From the human T2T-CHM13v2.0 reference genome, Homo sapiens, in the NCBI RefSeq assembly GCF_009914755.1, contig NC_060928.1: a stretch of 64,000 bases of DNA; one strand, written 5' to 3'. Shown here one piece after another: positions 43,294 through 54,726 of the stretch; position 1 is the stretch's first letter, and each line of letters begins with the position of its first letter. The position numbers and the translations under genes are program-made. Under the pieces are notes generated by a model, which did no database searches, was not told the DNA's origin, and was given only the letters and a program-made list of their open reading frames with translations.

Positions 43294-43527
43294 CTTGATG
43301 ACGTGCAGGGGCTTGCTGGGGTTGTTTCTGTCCAGATAGTTGATGTACCCGGACAGGGAGACACTGAGCAGGTGGTCCTTCTGCCATAGGCAGCCCAGCT
43401 GCTGGTCCAGAACCGTGGAGCCCATGGGAAATGTGCTGACCACGGAGTTCACGCTGACGTCCCAAATCTTGGAAGTTTTGTCCCCAGAAGCAGAAAGCAA
43501 ATGGGTGCTGTCGGGACTCCAACTAAT
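43294..43527 (-). CDS. WDR1: WDR1 coding exon 8 (234 bp)
   Basis: TAG / GTAAGG; [24 protein letters not shown]...[10 protein letters not shown]. Confidence 0.97.
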
Positions 43528-43879
43528 CTATTCAGAAAAAAGCAGTGTGTCATGTGCCAGAGGACTACAGACTGGAGAGAGACCCCAAAAAGCAGCTTGT
43601 CCACTGCGACTGTTTGAGTAGGACAGAAGGAGCCCAGAGAGAGGGTGGGACATGAGTGAGGCCAAGGACAACACCCGCCTCCAGGTCTCCCGTTCCAGCC
43701 ACTACCTTCTCCCATCACCTTATTGCGACCTTAAAGCTTTTCTGGGCAGATATAAAACCGCCCCGACTTATAGCCCCTCATTTCAAGTTTTTGTCTAACT
43801 CCGGAGTGAGTGTGGATGGACTGACACGTGGACTCGGCCAAATTCCCACCACTAGGCCGGGAAACACGCTCATACTCAC

Positions 43880-43960
43880 TGCGTAAATCCCACCGTCGTG
43901 GGCCTTGCTTCCGCCCAGCGCGCACACCTTCTCCCCAGTCTTCCCGTCATAGATGTATAT
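43880..43960 (-). CDS. WDR1: WDR1 coding exon 7 (81 bp)
   Basis: AAG / GTGAGT; [27 protein letters not shown]. Confidence 0.97.
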
Positions 43961-44250
43961 CTTCCAAGAAATAAAAACATGTGGGTCATGTGTGTGTGAA
44001 CACCCTCTGGAGTAAGCAGTTTCTCCATGGACTGTGGCTGTAGAAAACCGGGGCTCACAGACTAAGCTCCCAGTGTGGTTTAAAAGCAGACATGCATTTA
44101 CTGGGCTCTGACGACGAGTCTGCAGATGTGGGGAGGGCGACGTCTAAGTTCTGCATGTCAGGACTAGCATTAGGCAGCCTGCGGCTCTGAGCAGTCACGG
44201 GAGCAGGCAGACAAGCCATTCCCCACCCCAAAACCCATCCCAGTTCTTAC

Positions 44251-44328
44251 CTGGCCGTCAGCACTGGCTGTGGCAAATCTGTTCCCATCAGGAGAGAATC
44301 GCACACAGTTGACAAAGCGGCTGTGGTC
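44251..44328 (-). CDS. WDR1: WDR1 coding exon 6 (78 bp)
   Basis: CAG / GTAAGA; [26 protein letters not shown]. Confidence 0.97.
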
Positions 44329-44671
44329 CTGCAGGAAAACAATTACCTGCCTGATGAGGGGCCGCAGGCCTGACTCTAGGTTCAAGAATGCTCTCTATGA
44401 AACACAGCTTGCAGCTCCAGCTGTTCATCAGTGTGAACTGTTAGTCCACTGGAAAATTTCAGAGCTTAAAAAAACATCCTGGGCAGTCCCTTAGTGGAGG
44501 GGCAGGAGTCTGCTCCAGCCTGCCTGCCATGCTGACCGCTCTACCTGCTGGGAAAGCTGATTAGCCCGAGCGAAGGCAGACCACCTCCAGTTATGCCCCC
44601 CCCAGTGAGGTGCCCCCAGCAGCCGCCCTCTTCCCTCTGGGCTCTGAAAGAGCTCAAGCCCCAATCCTTAA

Positions 44672-45005
<334 letters not shown>

Positions 45006-45422
45006 TAAACAAAGTTAATGATTATGACCTTCATCAAGAACAAGAGCCTGAGCGACTAAAAGGAAATGACATGACTTCCAGGGGCGATCTGTTACTCGAA
45101 TAAGGAAATGAATGCATTCTTTCCGCAGTCAACAAGAGTTTGTATCAGAGACTGATCCTTAAATAAGCAGTTGTAAAGCTGCCAACACCTGCCCTGCCCT
45201 CTTGCTGCCCACCTGCAGGCGGCGCTAACCCGGCAAATGCACATCCAGTGCTAACAACTCTCTTGGCACAGGAAGGGCTCGCTGCTCAGCAGGTACGAAC
45301 ACTAACCTTCAGGAAAAGCAATTCAACCCCAAGGCGGATAAGCTGCCCCGCGCTCTAAGTAAATCACGGACTTAATTTTAAAGCATGAGCTACCTGTGTG
45401 GGGGACCTGCCTGTGTTTGATT

Positions 45423-45833
45423 GTGTAATGTTTTCAGTTGAATTGTGCCTCTCCAAAAGACATGCTGAAGTCCCAACCCTGGGACCCAATGAGACCTTAT
45501 TCAGAAACAGGGTCTTTGCAGATGCAGTCCAGTTAAAATGAGGTCATTAGGGCAGGCTGTAAATCCAGCAGGACTTGGTGTCCTTTTAAGAGGGAAATCT
45601 GGACACAGATACAGAGTTGGGGTGAAGCTGGAGGCAGAGATGGGAGTTCTGCTCACAAAAAGTAACCCCCAGGGCTGTCAGTATCTGGGAAAGACAAGGA
45701 AGGACTCGGAGTGCGTCCCTGCCCACACCTTGACTACAGACTTCTGACTTCCAGAGAATAAATTTCCATTGTTTAAGGCACCCAATCTGTGGCTTAACAA
45801 ACTTTGTTATGGCAGCTGCGGCACACTAACACA
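45423..45833 (+). mobile_element. MLT1-type LTR
   Basis: ttgaattgtgcc...gaccttattcagaaacagggtctttgcagatg...aataaatttcc...cactaacaca. Confidence 0.75.
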
Positions 45834-48800
45834 TGTCATCAATGCTGCCTCTGACACTCATGTAATAACCCACCAAGGTGAGCTGTGCCCATTTCACCAA
45901 TGAGGAAACATAGGCCCAGAAAGAGGAATCAGGTGCCTGGGGGTCCCAAGGGCCACACTCAAGGAAATCGATGTCCCCACAAAGTCCGTCAGAGTCAGCA
46001 GAAGATACAGACACCGTTCAGTCTGGCAATGTCCCCAGGGCAGGCAGTTCTCGTAGAGAGGCCACTCCCCGCCCCAGAAATCTCTCTAGGCCCAAGAGTG
46101 ATGCGACCCCAGACCTGTGGCACAAAAGCAACCCTGGGCTTCCTGCACTTCAAAGATTAAACCATTTCCTCCAGCCAACAACCCAAACTTGCTTGCCTCA
46201 GGTAAGCCCTCCTCAGGGTGCTGCCAAGACCTGCTCACGGCTGGGGTCAGGCTGGACACAGGCCCAGCAGGCCCTGGCCCTGCACCTGAACCAGGATCTC
46301 CCACCTCATTGACCCGTGTTTTAACTTAGATGAAAGCCGGAGAAATCACACATTCTGACAAGGGGAGTCCCAGTGCTCCTCGGGAGCTACTGAGGGCGAC
46401 GACAGTCACGTTTCCATCCCAGTGGATGAGCAGATTGTCCTCCCTGCCTCATTTCAGGGAGTGCTGTCATGGTGCTTGCATTCCGTTCTATGACTGAAGA
46501 GCTCGTCCTCTGTAGGTTGTGGTCACCGCCCAAGAGGACAGGGATGGAAGCACCAGGCTGGCTCAGTCTGAACTTGGGCTCAGGTCTGTGATCAGCTCAT
46601 GAGCGATGGGGCTGGCGAGCCCTTTGCCTGCCCCCCGCACCTGGGTGCTGCAAGGCTTGGCCAGGCAAGGCAGTGCCAAACTACAAGGCGTGCAGTACCC
46701 AGGCGGGCCCAGGGCTCACTAGGAGATGGAACGGGGAACACAGGACTGGACGGTCGTCTCTGGCTATGGTGCTAGAGGTCACCCTTCCTTGTGTTTAAGC
46801 GCAGTTCTGCATCTTGCTTCTTTAGTTCCTTTTGTACCTTTTTCACTAGTTCTAAGGCTGGTCTTCTTTGCTTAAATGGTCTGTGTTCTAAGTTTTCTAG
46901 CACTTCTAGGTATGTGAAGTTGGGGAAAGCAGTTTCCCCAGAAGGCCCGATCCACTCAGCTGCTGAGAGTGAAAACCAACTTTCCAGATGGGGCTCCAGG
47001 GCCCTCCAGAGACGCTTTACCCCCCGAGGGGCCATGGAGAGCCTGCGGGCAAATTCTTCACAGGAGAACACCAGGCCTGGAGCAGCGGGTAACTCAAAGC
47101 CACATCACCTGCACGAATCTGGTCTCCAGTTTCCTGTCCAGAGCTCTCGTCTCAGCTGCGCTGGCTCCTGGGCCTTGGGCAGCTGCTCAGCAAGCCTGGG
47201 GGTGCTCCAGCCCAGAGTCATCCCAGAGGTCAGATCCCTAACTCCGCAGGCCCATTTGCACCCCCCCTTCTGCTGTTACCCACCATGAGGGAGCCGTCAT
47301 GCACTGAGGGCCTGTTCCCGTCGGGGTTAGCCGATGGGGTCCACCTCCTATCTGTGTCAACATGGCCCACGGTCCCTTGTCCATGTCAGTCCATAGGGTC
47401 CACATTCCCTGTGTCAAAGGGCCTCACAGGGCAGTTCCCGAGAGAGCTGCAGGAAGGAGCCGGCTGCAGTGAAGGCAGTGGTGGGAGGGCCTGAGGCAAA
47501 GCACTTCTAGACCCCCTGTTGGGCGGGGGGTGGACAGGGGTGTATGCACCACTACTCCTTCCAGATGAGGTCACACAACCTTGACCATGACATAACCACA
47601 GCTCGAATCCTACACCTCTGACCAGCACATCGAGTTCTCTCGCTGCCGAACTCCGCTTCCTTGGCCAGCACAGCCCCGCCTTGCCGCTGACTTCGCACTG
47701 GCTCCTCCAAGCCAGCCTGAGCTTCCTTGAAGTGCAGTGGGCCAGGGAGATGGCTGGGCCTGGCTGACCCCGGGTCCTTCTGACGAATGAGTTAAGAACT
47801 AAGAGAAAAGAGCTCACCCCAAATGCCCGAATCACCCAAGCCCAGATGAGTGGGTGGGACAGTGGACGCTGATGGCTCTTGCTACAAAATGGAGGAAACT
47901 AATCAGCCACTGTTCAATTCCAACCTGTCACAAGTGCCCATTTCAGTGGCTCCCTGAGGTCAAAACATGGACATTCCTACTCCAGTTCCAGGTCCCAGAA
48001 GCGAGGACATTCCTGCTCGCGCAAACCCCAGGACCCCAAATCCAAGTCTGTGGTTCACCTCTGCCGACGCCTCCCACAGGCTCTGGCAGGGTGCTGTCAT
48101 GTGTCCCTCCCTGGCCCCAGAACCCAGCAGGGGCAAGGGAGGGGCCCGGCACAGTCCAGGGACACAGATGCCCCTCGAGTAGCTCATCCCCATCACCTTT
48201 TCCTGCACCTCGAGCCAAGGAGTCCAAATGCAGACACTGATGTCTGCTCCTGAAATAGCCCCTTCAAAGAGAGAAGCCGCGAAAAGCCCATTAACCAAAA
48301 AAAGCGAGGGCTAAAAATAGCCCTTTCCACACGGAGGCCCGGCCAGTGAACAAAGAGGGAGAGGGATTGGGGAACCTCCCGGGGAGTTCAGGGGCAGCAG
48401 CTTCCTGAGGCTGCCCTCACCGGCCCCCTGCCTCTGCCCCACCCCAGCCAACCAGCGGGGCTGCAGCAGTCTCAGTCCAGCCTCATCCCTGGTGGACAAC
48501 TGACGGTGTCCGGTCCACACTCCTGCCTGTCCTCCCTTGCAGCCAACACATAGCCAAGACTGACCTGTATCAACGAGCCCCCCTCCCCACAGTCCTCACT
48601 CCCTCCCACCAATATGCTCCCTCTCACCACCAAGGAAACCGAGGCTTGAAGCACTGAGGTCATAATTAAGTACCACACCCATGTCAACATCACAGAGCGA
48701 CAGAGCGCTGCAGGCCCCAGCTGGCCTGTCTCCAGCACACACACGCTCACTACCTACCTAGTCAGCTCAGGAACCCTCTGGGAGCCCACCCCATTCCCCC

Positions 48801-51800
48801 CAGCCTCAGCTGACCCTGTACACAAGAGGACCACAAGCCCACCCTTAGGCTGTTCACATGCCTACGAGCTGGTAGAAGGGGACAGGCTCTCAGTCCCCTG
48901 TGCCCAGTCCCACCCCACACAAGCCCAGCACGGGCCTCCACGACCCTTGGTCAATGGGTGTTCCCAAAACACCTTTACACCGTGACCTGCGAGGCTGGCT
49001 CTGGACCATCCTTCAGCCCACCCATCCCCCGCAGCAAACTTCCCTGCAAAGTGCCCTGGGGCAGCCCTGCAGCCCGGTCCACTTAGTTGGGCTGAGGGGC
49101 ACGAAGGAGCTACCCACCCAACTGCCTCTCCCGTCACCCGGGACGGGTCAGCTCAGTCACCATGTTCCCTGGAGAACAAGGACCATATGAAGGGACAAGA
49201 GGCTCATCCTAACTAACCGTCCTTGGGGCACCTACTGGCCATGTGACCTGGGCCAGGTCACCCTCCCTGCTGTCAGCCCCCAGTTTTCAGGAGTCAGCCA
49301 TCAGCCCAGTGAAGAGCAAGGCCAGTCGACAGGAGGGGTGGCGCGTGCTGAAGACAAGGGAGGCGGTCCTGCATGCCCATCACAGGGGCATGGCCCAGGC
49401 AGCCACCATACATGCCAGAAGGGCTGAAACATCTGCTCTCTGCCCTGTCTTGAGTGAGGAAATATGAAAAAGAAAAACCACCAGAAACCTTGCCTGTTTA
49501 GAGCTCAAATTTTCCTTATCTATCAGGAAGGCAGCACTTCCGGTAACAGCCACAGCTGAGGTTTCCAGCCCTGCTTGGCTCCAGCCTCAAGTGGGAGAAC
49601 TATGTGAGGTATGAGGTCCCCGCAGGGCAGAGGCAATGGAACAGAGGGAGCAGTGGCACCCCAGTGAGGGAAGCCAGAAGTCTTCCGTGCTGAACATTTT
49701 TCCACCTACAATCACAGCTTGTTAGATCTGGCAGTGAGTTCTCAGTTCTGCATCATAAGGCTGAGCCCCCAGGACGACATGCTGCTCTAAGTAACCATTT
49801 CATTAGACACAAACTATCCAGTGCACCACCAACTCCTGGGACCTAGGACATGCACACAGCTGTGAGCCACACTCCAGAGGGGGCGTGTGGTCATCCTAGA
49901 CCACCAAACCAACTGCTCACCCGACCGGAGGAAGCGGATGGCCAGAGAGGCAAAGAACCTGGCCCAAGTAATGCGCATGGTGAAGGCAGACAACAGAGAG
50001 AAACTCAGTGGGGCCTTTAAACCCATCCAGGAGTACCTATCCCAGGAGCCTGCCTGGCATGAAGACATCCCCATGGGTGAGATGGGGGAAGGCAAGGAGA
50101 TGGTCTCGCCACCCTCCCTTTTTCAGGCCACGGTCAGACCCTCTGAGGGGAACCTACCCCTGGGTTCGCAAAATGCCAGTGCTGGAGACCCGAGACCACG
50201 GAGCCCAGGGTCTCCTTTCAGAACCGTTCTCCTGTAACCCCGGAAGTTACTTCCGCAGGTCACCTACCGCGTCTTCAATGTCACTGGGTAGGAATGAGCC
50301 GGCACCCAGGCTTATTCCAGGCCAAATGTTCCTCCACTCCCATCTTCCTGGAGCCTCATTCAGGCAAATGAAGACCAAAGCTGGGCTACGGTCCCTCAGG
50401 ACGAGGGGCACACAGGGAATGCTGCTTGCATTTCAGCTCAGGCACAGCATCATGGAGTTCTGCTTCAGCTTGTACTGAAACGCCTTCAGAACATGCCTTG
50501 TTCCTTTTCAAGGCAGCAGCTCCAACACGACCCAGCTGGTCCCTCCGCAGTCATACGCCAGTCCCTCTCCCACCTGGGTAACTAGGGAAGCACCTGCCAC
50601 CCCAGCGCTGCACCCCCAAGCTCAGGGCAGCTTCCTGGTCCCGGCCACAGGGGGCCTCTGCAGGGAGTGGGTGCAGAAGGCGCAGATGAAGACAGGCCCG
50701 AGTTGCCACCACAGCTGCTCATTCTCAGGAGGCGAGGGGCGGCAGGCAAGGCCACCAAGGCCTGAGCGCTGGTGCGGAGGCAAAGGCAGCCCAGACTCAG
50801 CCGTCATGTGCTGCAGAATGAAAGATCTGGGGAAAAAAGACCACTGCTATGTGGATTTCACAGCAAGTGGAACTTAATTCCCTCTAAAATAAAAAATGCC
50901 CACATATAGTTTTAAAATCTTTTACTATAAAAGGCTCAATTAATTCCTGAGAACTTCCACATCCCAGGCTTTCCGACCGCATCAGAAGAGCCCACATACG
51001 GGAGGAAGCCCAGCGATGCTCAGCCCACCATGTCCTCAAAGCTGACTGTGGCTGGGCCTCATGTTAGCACTCACACCTCCTCTCACTTCCCCCAGCCTGC
51101 ACGCGCTCCCTTTGTCTTGGGGTTGGTCATGGAGAGCACGACCGCAGCTTTCCTCTGGGGTCCGGAGGGCTTAAGTGCAGATACACACCAAAGTGTATCT
51201 GCAACTCAGAAGGTATTTGGGGGCAGGTGTGGGGTCCCTGAGCACCCTTCCTGTCCTTCCTATGCGTGGGCAGTTGAGTCCGCACATGTCTCCTGAGCAT
51301 GTGGATGGTCACTGCTGCCTCTCACACCCTCCCTGTGGCTGAGGGTGCAGCACGCAAGGGTCACTGTCACCCTGTTTCCGGGAGGGCCCAGAGGCATGAC
51401 TCACCCGAGGGGGGCACAGCCACCTAGCTCTGTGCCAGGCCACAGCCCTTTCTATTTCTCCCAGGTCCTCAGGCAGGGCCCATGGTTGTGGGTTCCACAA
51501 AAGACTTCAAGACACATGGTGGTACCCACCCTGGAGCTGGGCTAGCTGGGCAGACATTTGTACCCAACACTCCTGGGCCAGGGCAGTGGGGTGAAGTCCT
51601 TTCTGAAGTTAGAAAGGACAACTAAAGAGAAAGAATGTTCTGGACAAGTCCCCAAGCAAGCACACAGGGGCACAGCAGCCTGGTGAAGAAGACAGGCTCC
51701 AGCCCACCCCTGGAACAAACTGGTGCCCCTGACCCTGCTGAGCACCCTGTGCTGGGTTTAATGCACAGCTGCAGAGTGGAAATGATCCCTCCCAGGGCAG

Positions 51801-53297
51801 GCCAAGGAGCCCCCACCCACAGCCGGCTTCTAGCTACCACAGAAGTCTCTGAGCTGCTTCCTCCTGCCCTGGGCTGAGATGGGGTGTGCAGCTGACTCAG
51901 CATTACTCACCCTGCTCTGCAGTGCCTCCACCCTAGCGAAGAAACATGGCCTGAAGCCACAGCCTTCAATACAGCTCCCAAAATAGCCAGGTCTCCACTA
52001 CCTACCCATTAGGTGGTAGCCACAAGAGCAGAGTCTGAGAGCTGCCGCGTGTTCAGCTGCATACAGGGAGCCTCCCTATGCTTTCACCTGCCCAGCCAGG
52101 CCCAGCTCAGCCTGCGGTTCCGTGACAAAATGAAGCCTGTTTCACTACGAACAGGGCATCCTTGGAAAGCCCCTCCTGTACCCTAAGCCAAGAACAGTCT
52201 CTGGAAATTCTGCTCACTTTGTGGGTCCCGTCCTCGCCCTTTCCAGCTGCACTGCGCAGGCTATTTATGATTCATGGCATGATGTCACTAAAATGGACAG
52301 TGCTCCTCACTGAGCCACTTTAAGGACATGATCTCATTAATCCTCCATGAGGCAGACAGTGAAACCACTGACGGTTCCAAGAGAAGGAGTCCCGAGAACT
52401 TGGTCCAATCTGCAAACACAACCTCCTCCAAGGACATCAACAGTCCCTAAAATGTGCATTTCCGGGTCCATTGTTCTTGTCCATCCTCAGCGCAAGCACA
52501 AGCGGGATGGGGAAAGCCAGGGCAGAGCCGTGGGGTTGTGCTGAGACTGGCTGCTGGGCTCCTCCCCTCACTCCTACAAAGCTGGGGCAGGAAAATGGGC
52601 ATCACAGATGCTCCAGACCTGCCAGGTGGCTCTCCTACTTCAAATTCATAGTCAAAACCCTCAGATGCTGCTGGCCCCGGCACACCCCCGTCTTGCAGAA
52701 GGGAGAAGTGAGGAGGCTTGGCAAGGCCTGGGTGCCTAAGGCGGGGCGCATGCACGGCATGGGCCTCTGAGATGCTGCCAGCTACACCCAAAGCCTGCCG
52801 CATTTCTGGCACATTTCTTCCACAAAGTATCTTTCAGTCTTCTAACCGTTTGTCACTTTGCAGGCGCATCACTGCCCTCACTGTCTCTAGGAGAGACCAA
52901 TCTGGATGTCCCGCAAGCTCCCTTCCTCTGCCACTTTGGTGGCTCAGCTAACAGCAGGCCCTGCAGGCTCCCCTCTCTAATGAGCACCTCCAACCCCAGA
53001 TGCTTGCCTGGTTACACGGTCAGGGACATTCCTGCCCCAATCCCCGACAGGCACACATCATCCTAGGGCAGGGCCCTTCCTTGTGGGAACCATCCATGCC
53101 CAGCTGAGGGCCTGGGGAGGACGAGTGCTGGGTGGGGGAGCCCTCCCTCTCTCTGCACACCCCTGGGAGCCCACTTCTGTGTATCATGGCATACGTGGCA
53201 TGTGCTGTGGTCTCTGCCATCAGCATCTAAACAGGCTCAGCCTCTGCTAGCCTCATGTACAAACCACAAATTTCACCCAAAAAGTAAGTTCACTTAC

Positions 53298-53478
53298 GCC
53301 AACTGTGAACTTGAACTTGAATGGGGGTCCCTCAAAGAATGCCGCGCAGTTATCATCGCTTCCCGTGGCCAGCCGGTATGGCCGGCTCTGCTTGATGTCC
53401 ACGCTGTTGATGACTTTGTTGTGTCCTGTAATCTCGCCCACAGAAGAGCCACTATCCCAGAGGAAGACTGCTCCAAAC
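53298..53478 (-). CDS. WDR1: WDR1 coding exon 5 (181 bp)
   Basis: AAG / GTAAGT; [60 protein letters not shown]. Confidence 0.97.
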
Positions 53479-54578
53479 CTTGACCCAATGACACAGGTGG
53501 AAGACAAAAAAAAAAAAAAAAAATCAATCCCAGAAGGCTGGTAAGCAATCTGATAGCTGAGCTGCCAGTGCACAGAGGATGGAGTGACTGTCAGCAGGCA
53601 GCTCAGAACGCCACAGGGACAAATGAGGGAAGCACTGGGGTTCTGGCTCCACAAGGCATTTGTCCAAAGGACCCAAGAACAAGATGGGGCAAGCCGGCGC
53701 CTTCGGGAAGGGGATGCATGTGTGTGTCTGTGGGGCCCCACGCCACAGGGCCCAGGGCTATCTTTACAGCTTCACCGTTCTCCTTACAGTTCTGTTGGGA
53801 GGGAACAGTTACCATCCCCTACAGGAATGAGATGCCCTGCTCTTGGCTGACATTCAACAAAAACACTGTTTTAGTTACTATTTGCTACTGAAAAAAGAAG
53901 GAATTAAGACCAACAGGAATGACTTGAGAAGCCATGGAAAAACACCTACTAGAACATGTACGAGAAAGTGCCATTCAGTGAAGAACAGACATGCCACTGT
54001 CAAGTTCAAGGGGTTATGGCCAGCCATGGTGCTGCAGGGGGGACTCTGACTCTCTTGAATTAAAAAAACCTGGGTTTCGGCACCAACCTCACCAGTCACT
54101 AGGCCCCTGAGGTCAGTAGCCACCCAGTGCCACCCAGCCAGCATCCACTGCCCCTCCCTCCTCCATCAGAGACCCTTGGGGGAGGTGCCCAGCTGGAAGA
54201 AACAGTTCAGCCTCCCTGGCAGCTTCATGGGGCAGCTGCTGTGAGGGACCCCGAATAGAAGTGCTGTTGCTCTTTCACTCTGTCCCCTTCTTGCTGCCTG
54301 CAGATGGGCATGAGAGCTGGGGTTCTAGCAGGCAAGGCACTCAGGACGTCAGAGGAGATACATGAGTGCTGGGCCCTGGTGACAAACCCAGTGTGATGTG
54401 GAGTTCTACCTTACCTGGGGCTGCAGCCAGCCCTCACGGGGCCCGGCACCTACTGGGAGCTCAACCCTCACGAGTGCAAGTTAGTACAGACATCAGCGCA
54501 TCCCCCTCCCAGGGTCATAGCACATGGACGCATGAGCCACAGCAACAGGGCAGGGAGGGGCTGAGAGGAGTGACTCAC

Positions 54579-54726
54579 TTCTCCCTTCCTTCCCCGACCA
54601 CGGCGATCCTCTTACTGTCTTCAGTCCAAGCAATGTCTTTGATCTTCCCAGCGAAAGGCTGGTACTCATACTTCAACAGGTGCTCCTTCTGCGTGGTATC
54701 CCAGATCCTCAGCTTCCCAGACACAT
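54579..54726 (-). CDS. WDR1: WDR1 coding exon 4 (148 bp)
   Basis: CAG / GTGAGT; (D)[48 protein letters not shown](K); phases fit the neighbouring exons. Confidence 0.97.

Noticed and set aside
49887-50478. Overlapping + strand ORFs in intron 5
   Set aside because: No splice or start context and no recognisable homology; expected by chance in GC-rich DNA
53253-53741. ORF extending exon 5 upstream in frame
   Set aside because: It runs through the intronic poly(T) tract (FFFFF); the real exon is bounded by the AG at 53479-53480, consistent with exon 4 phase
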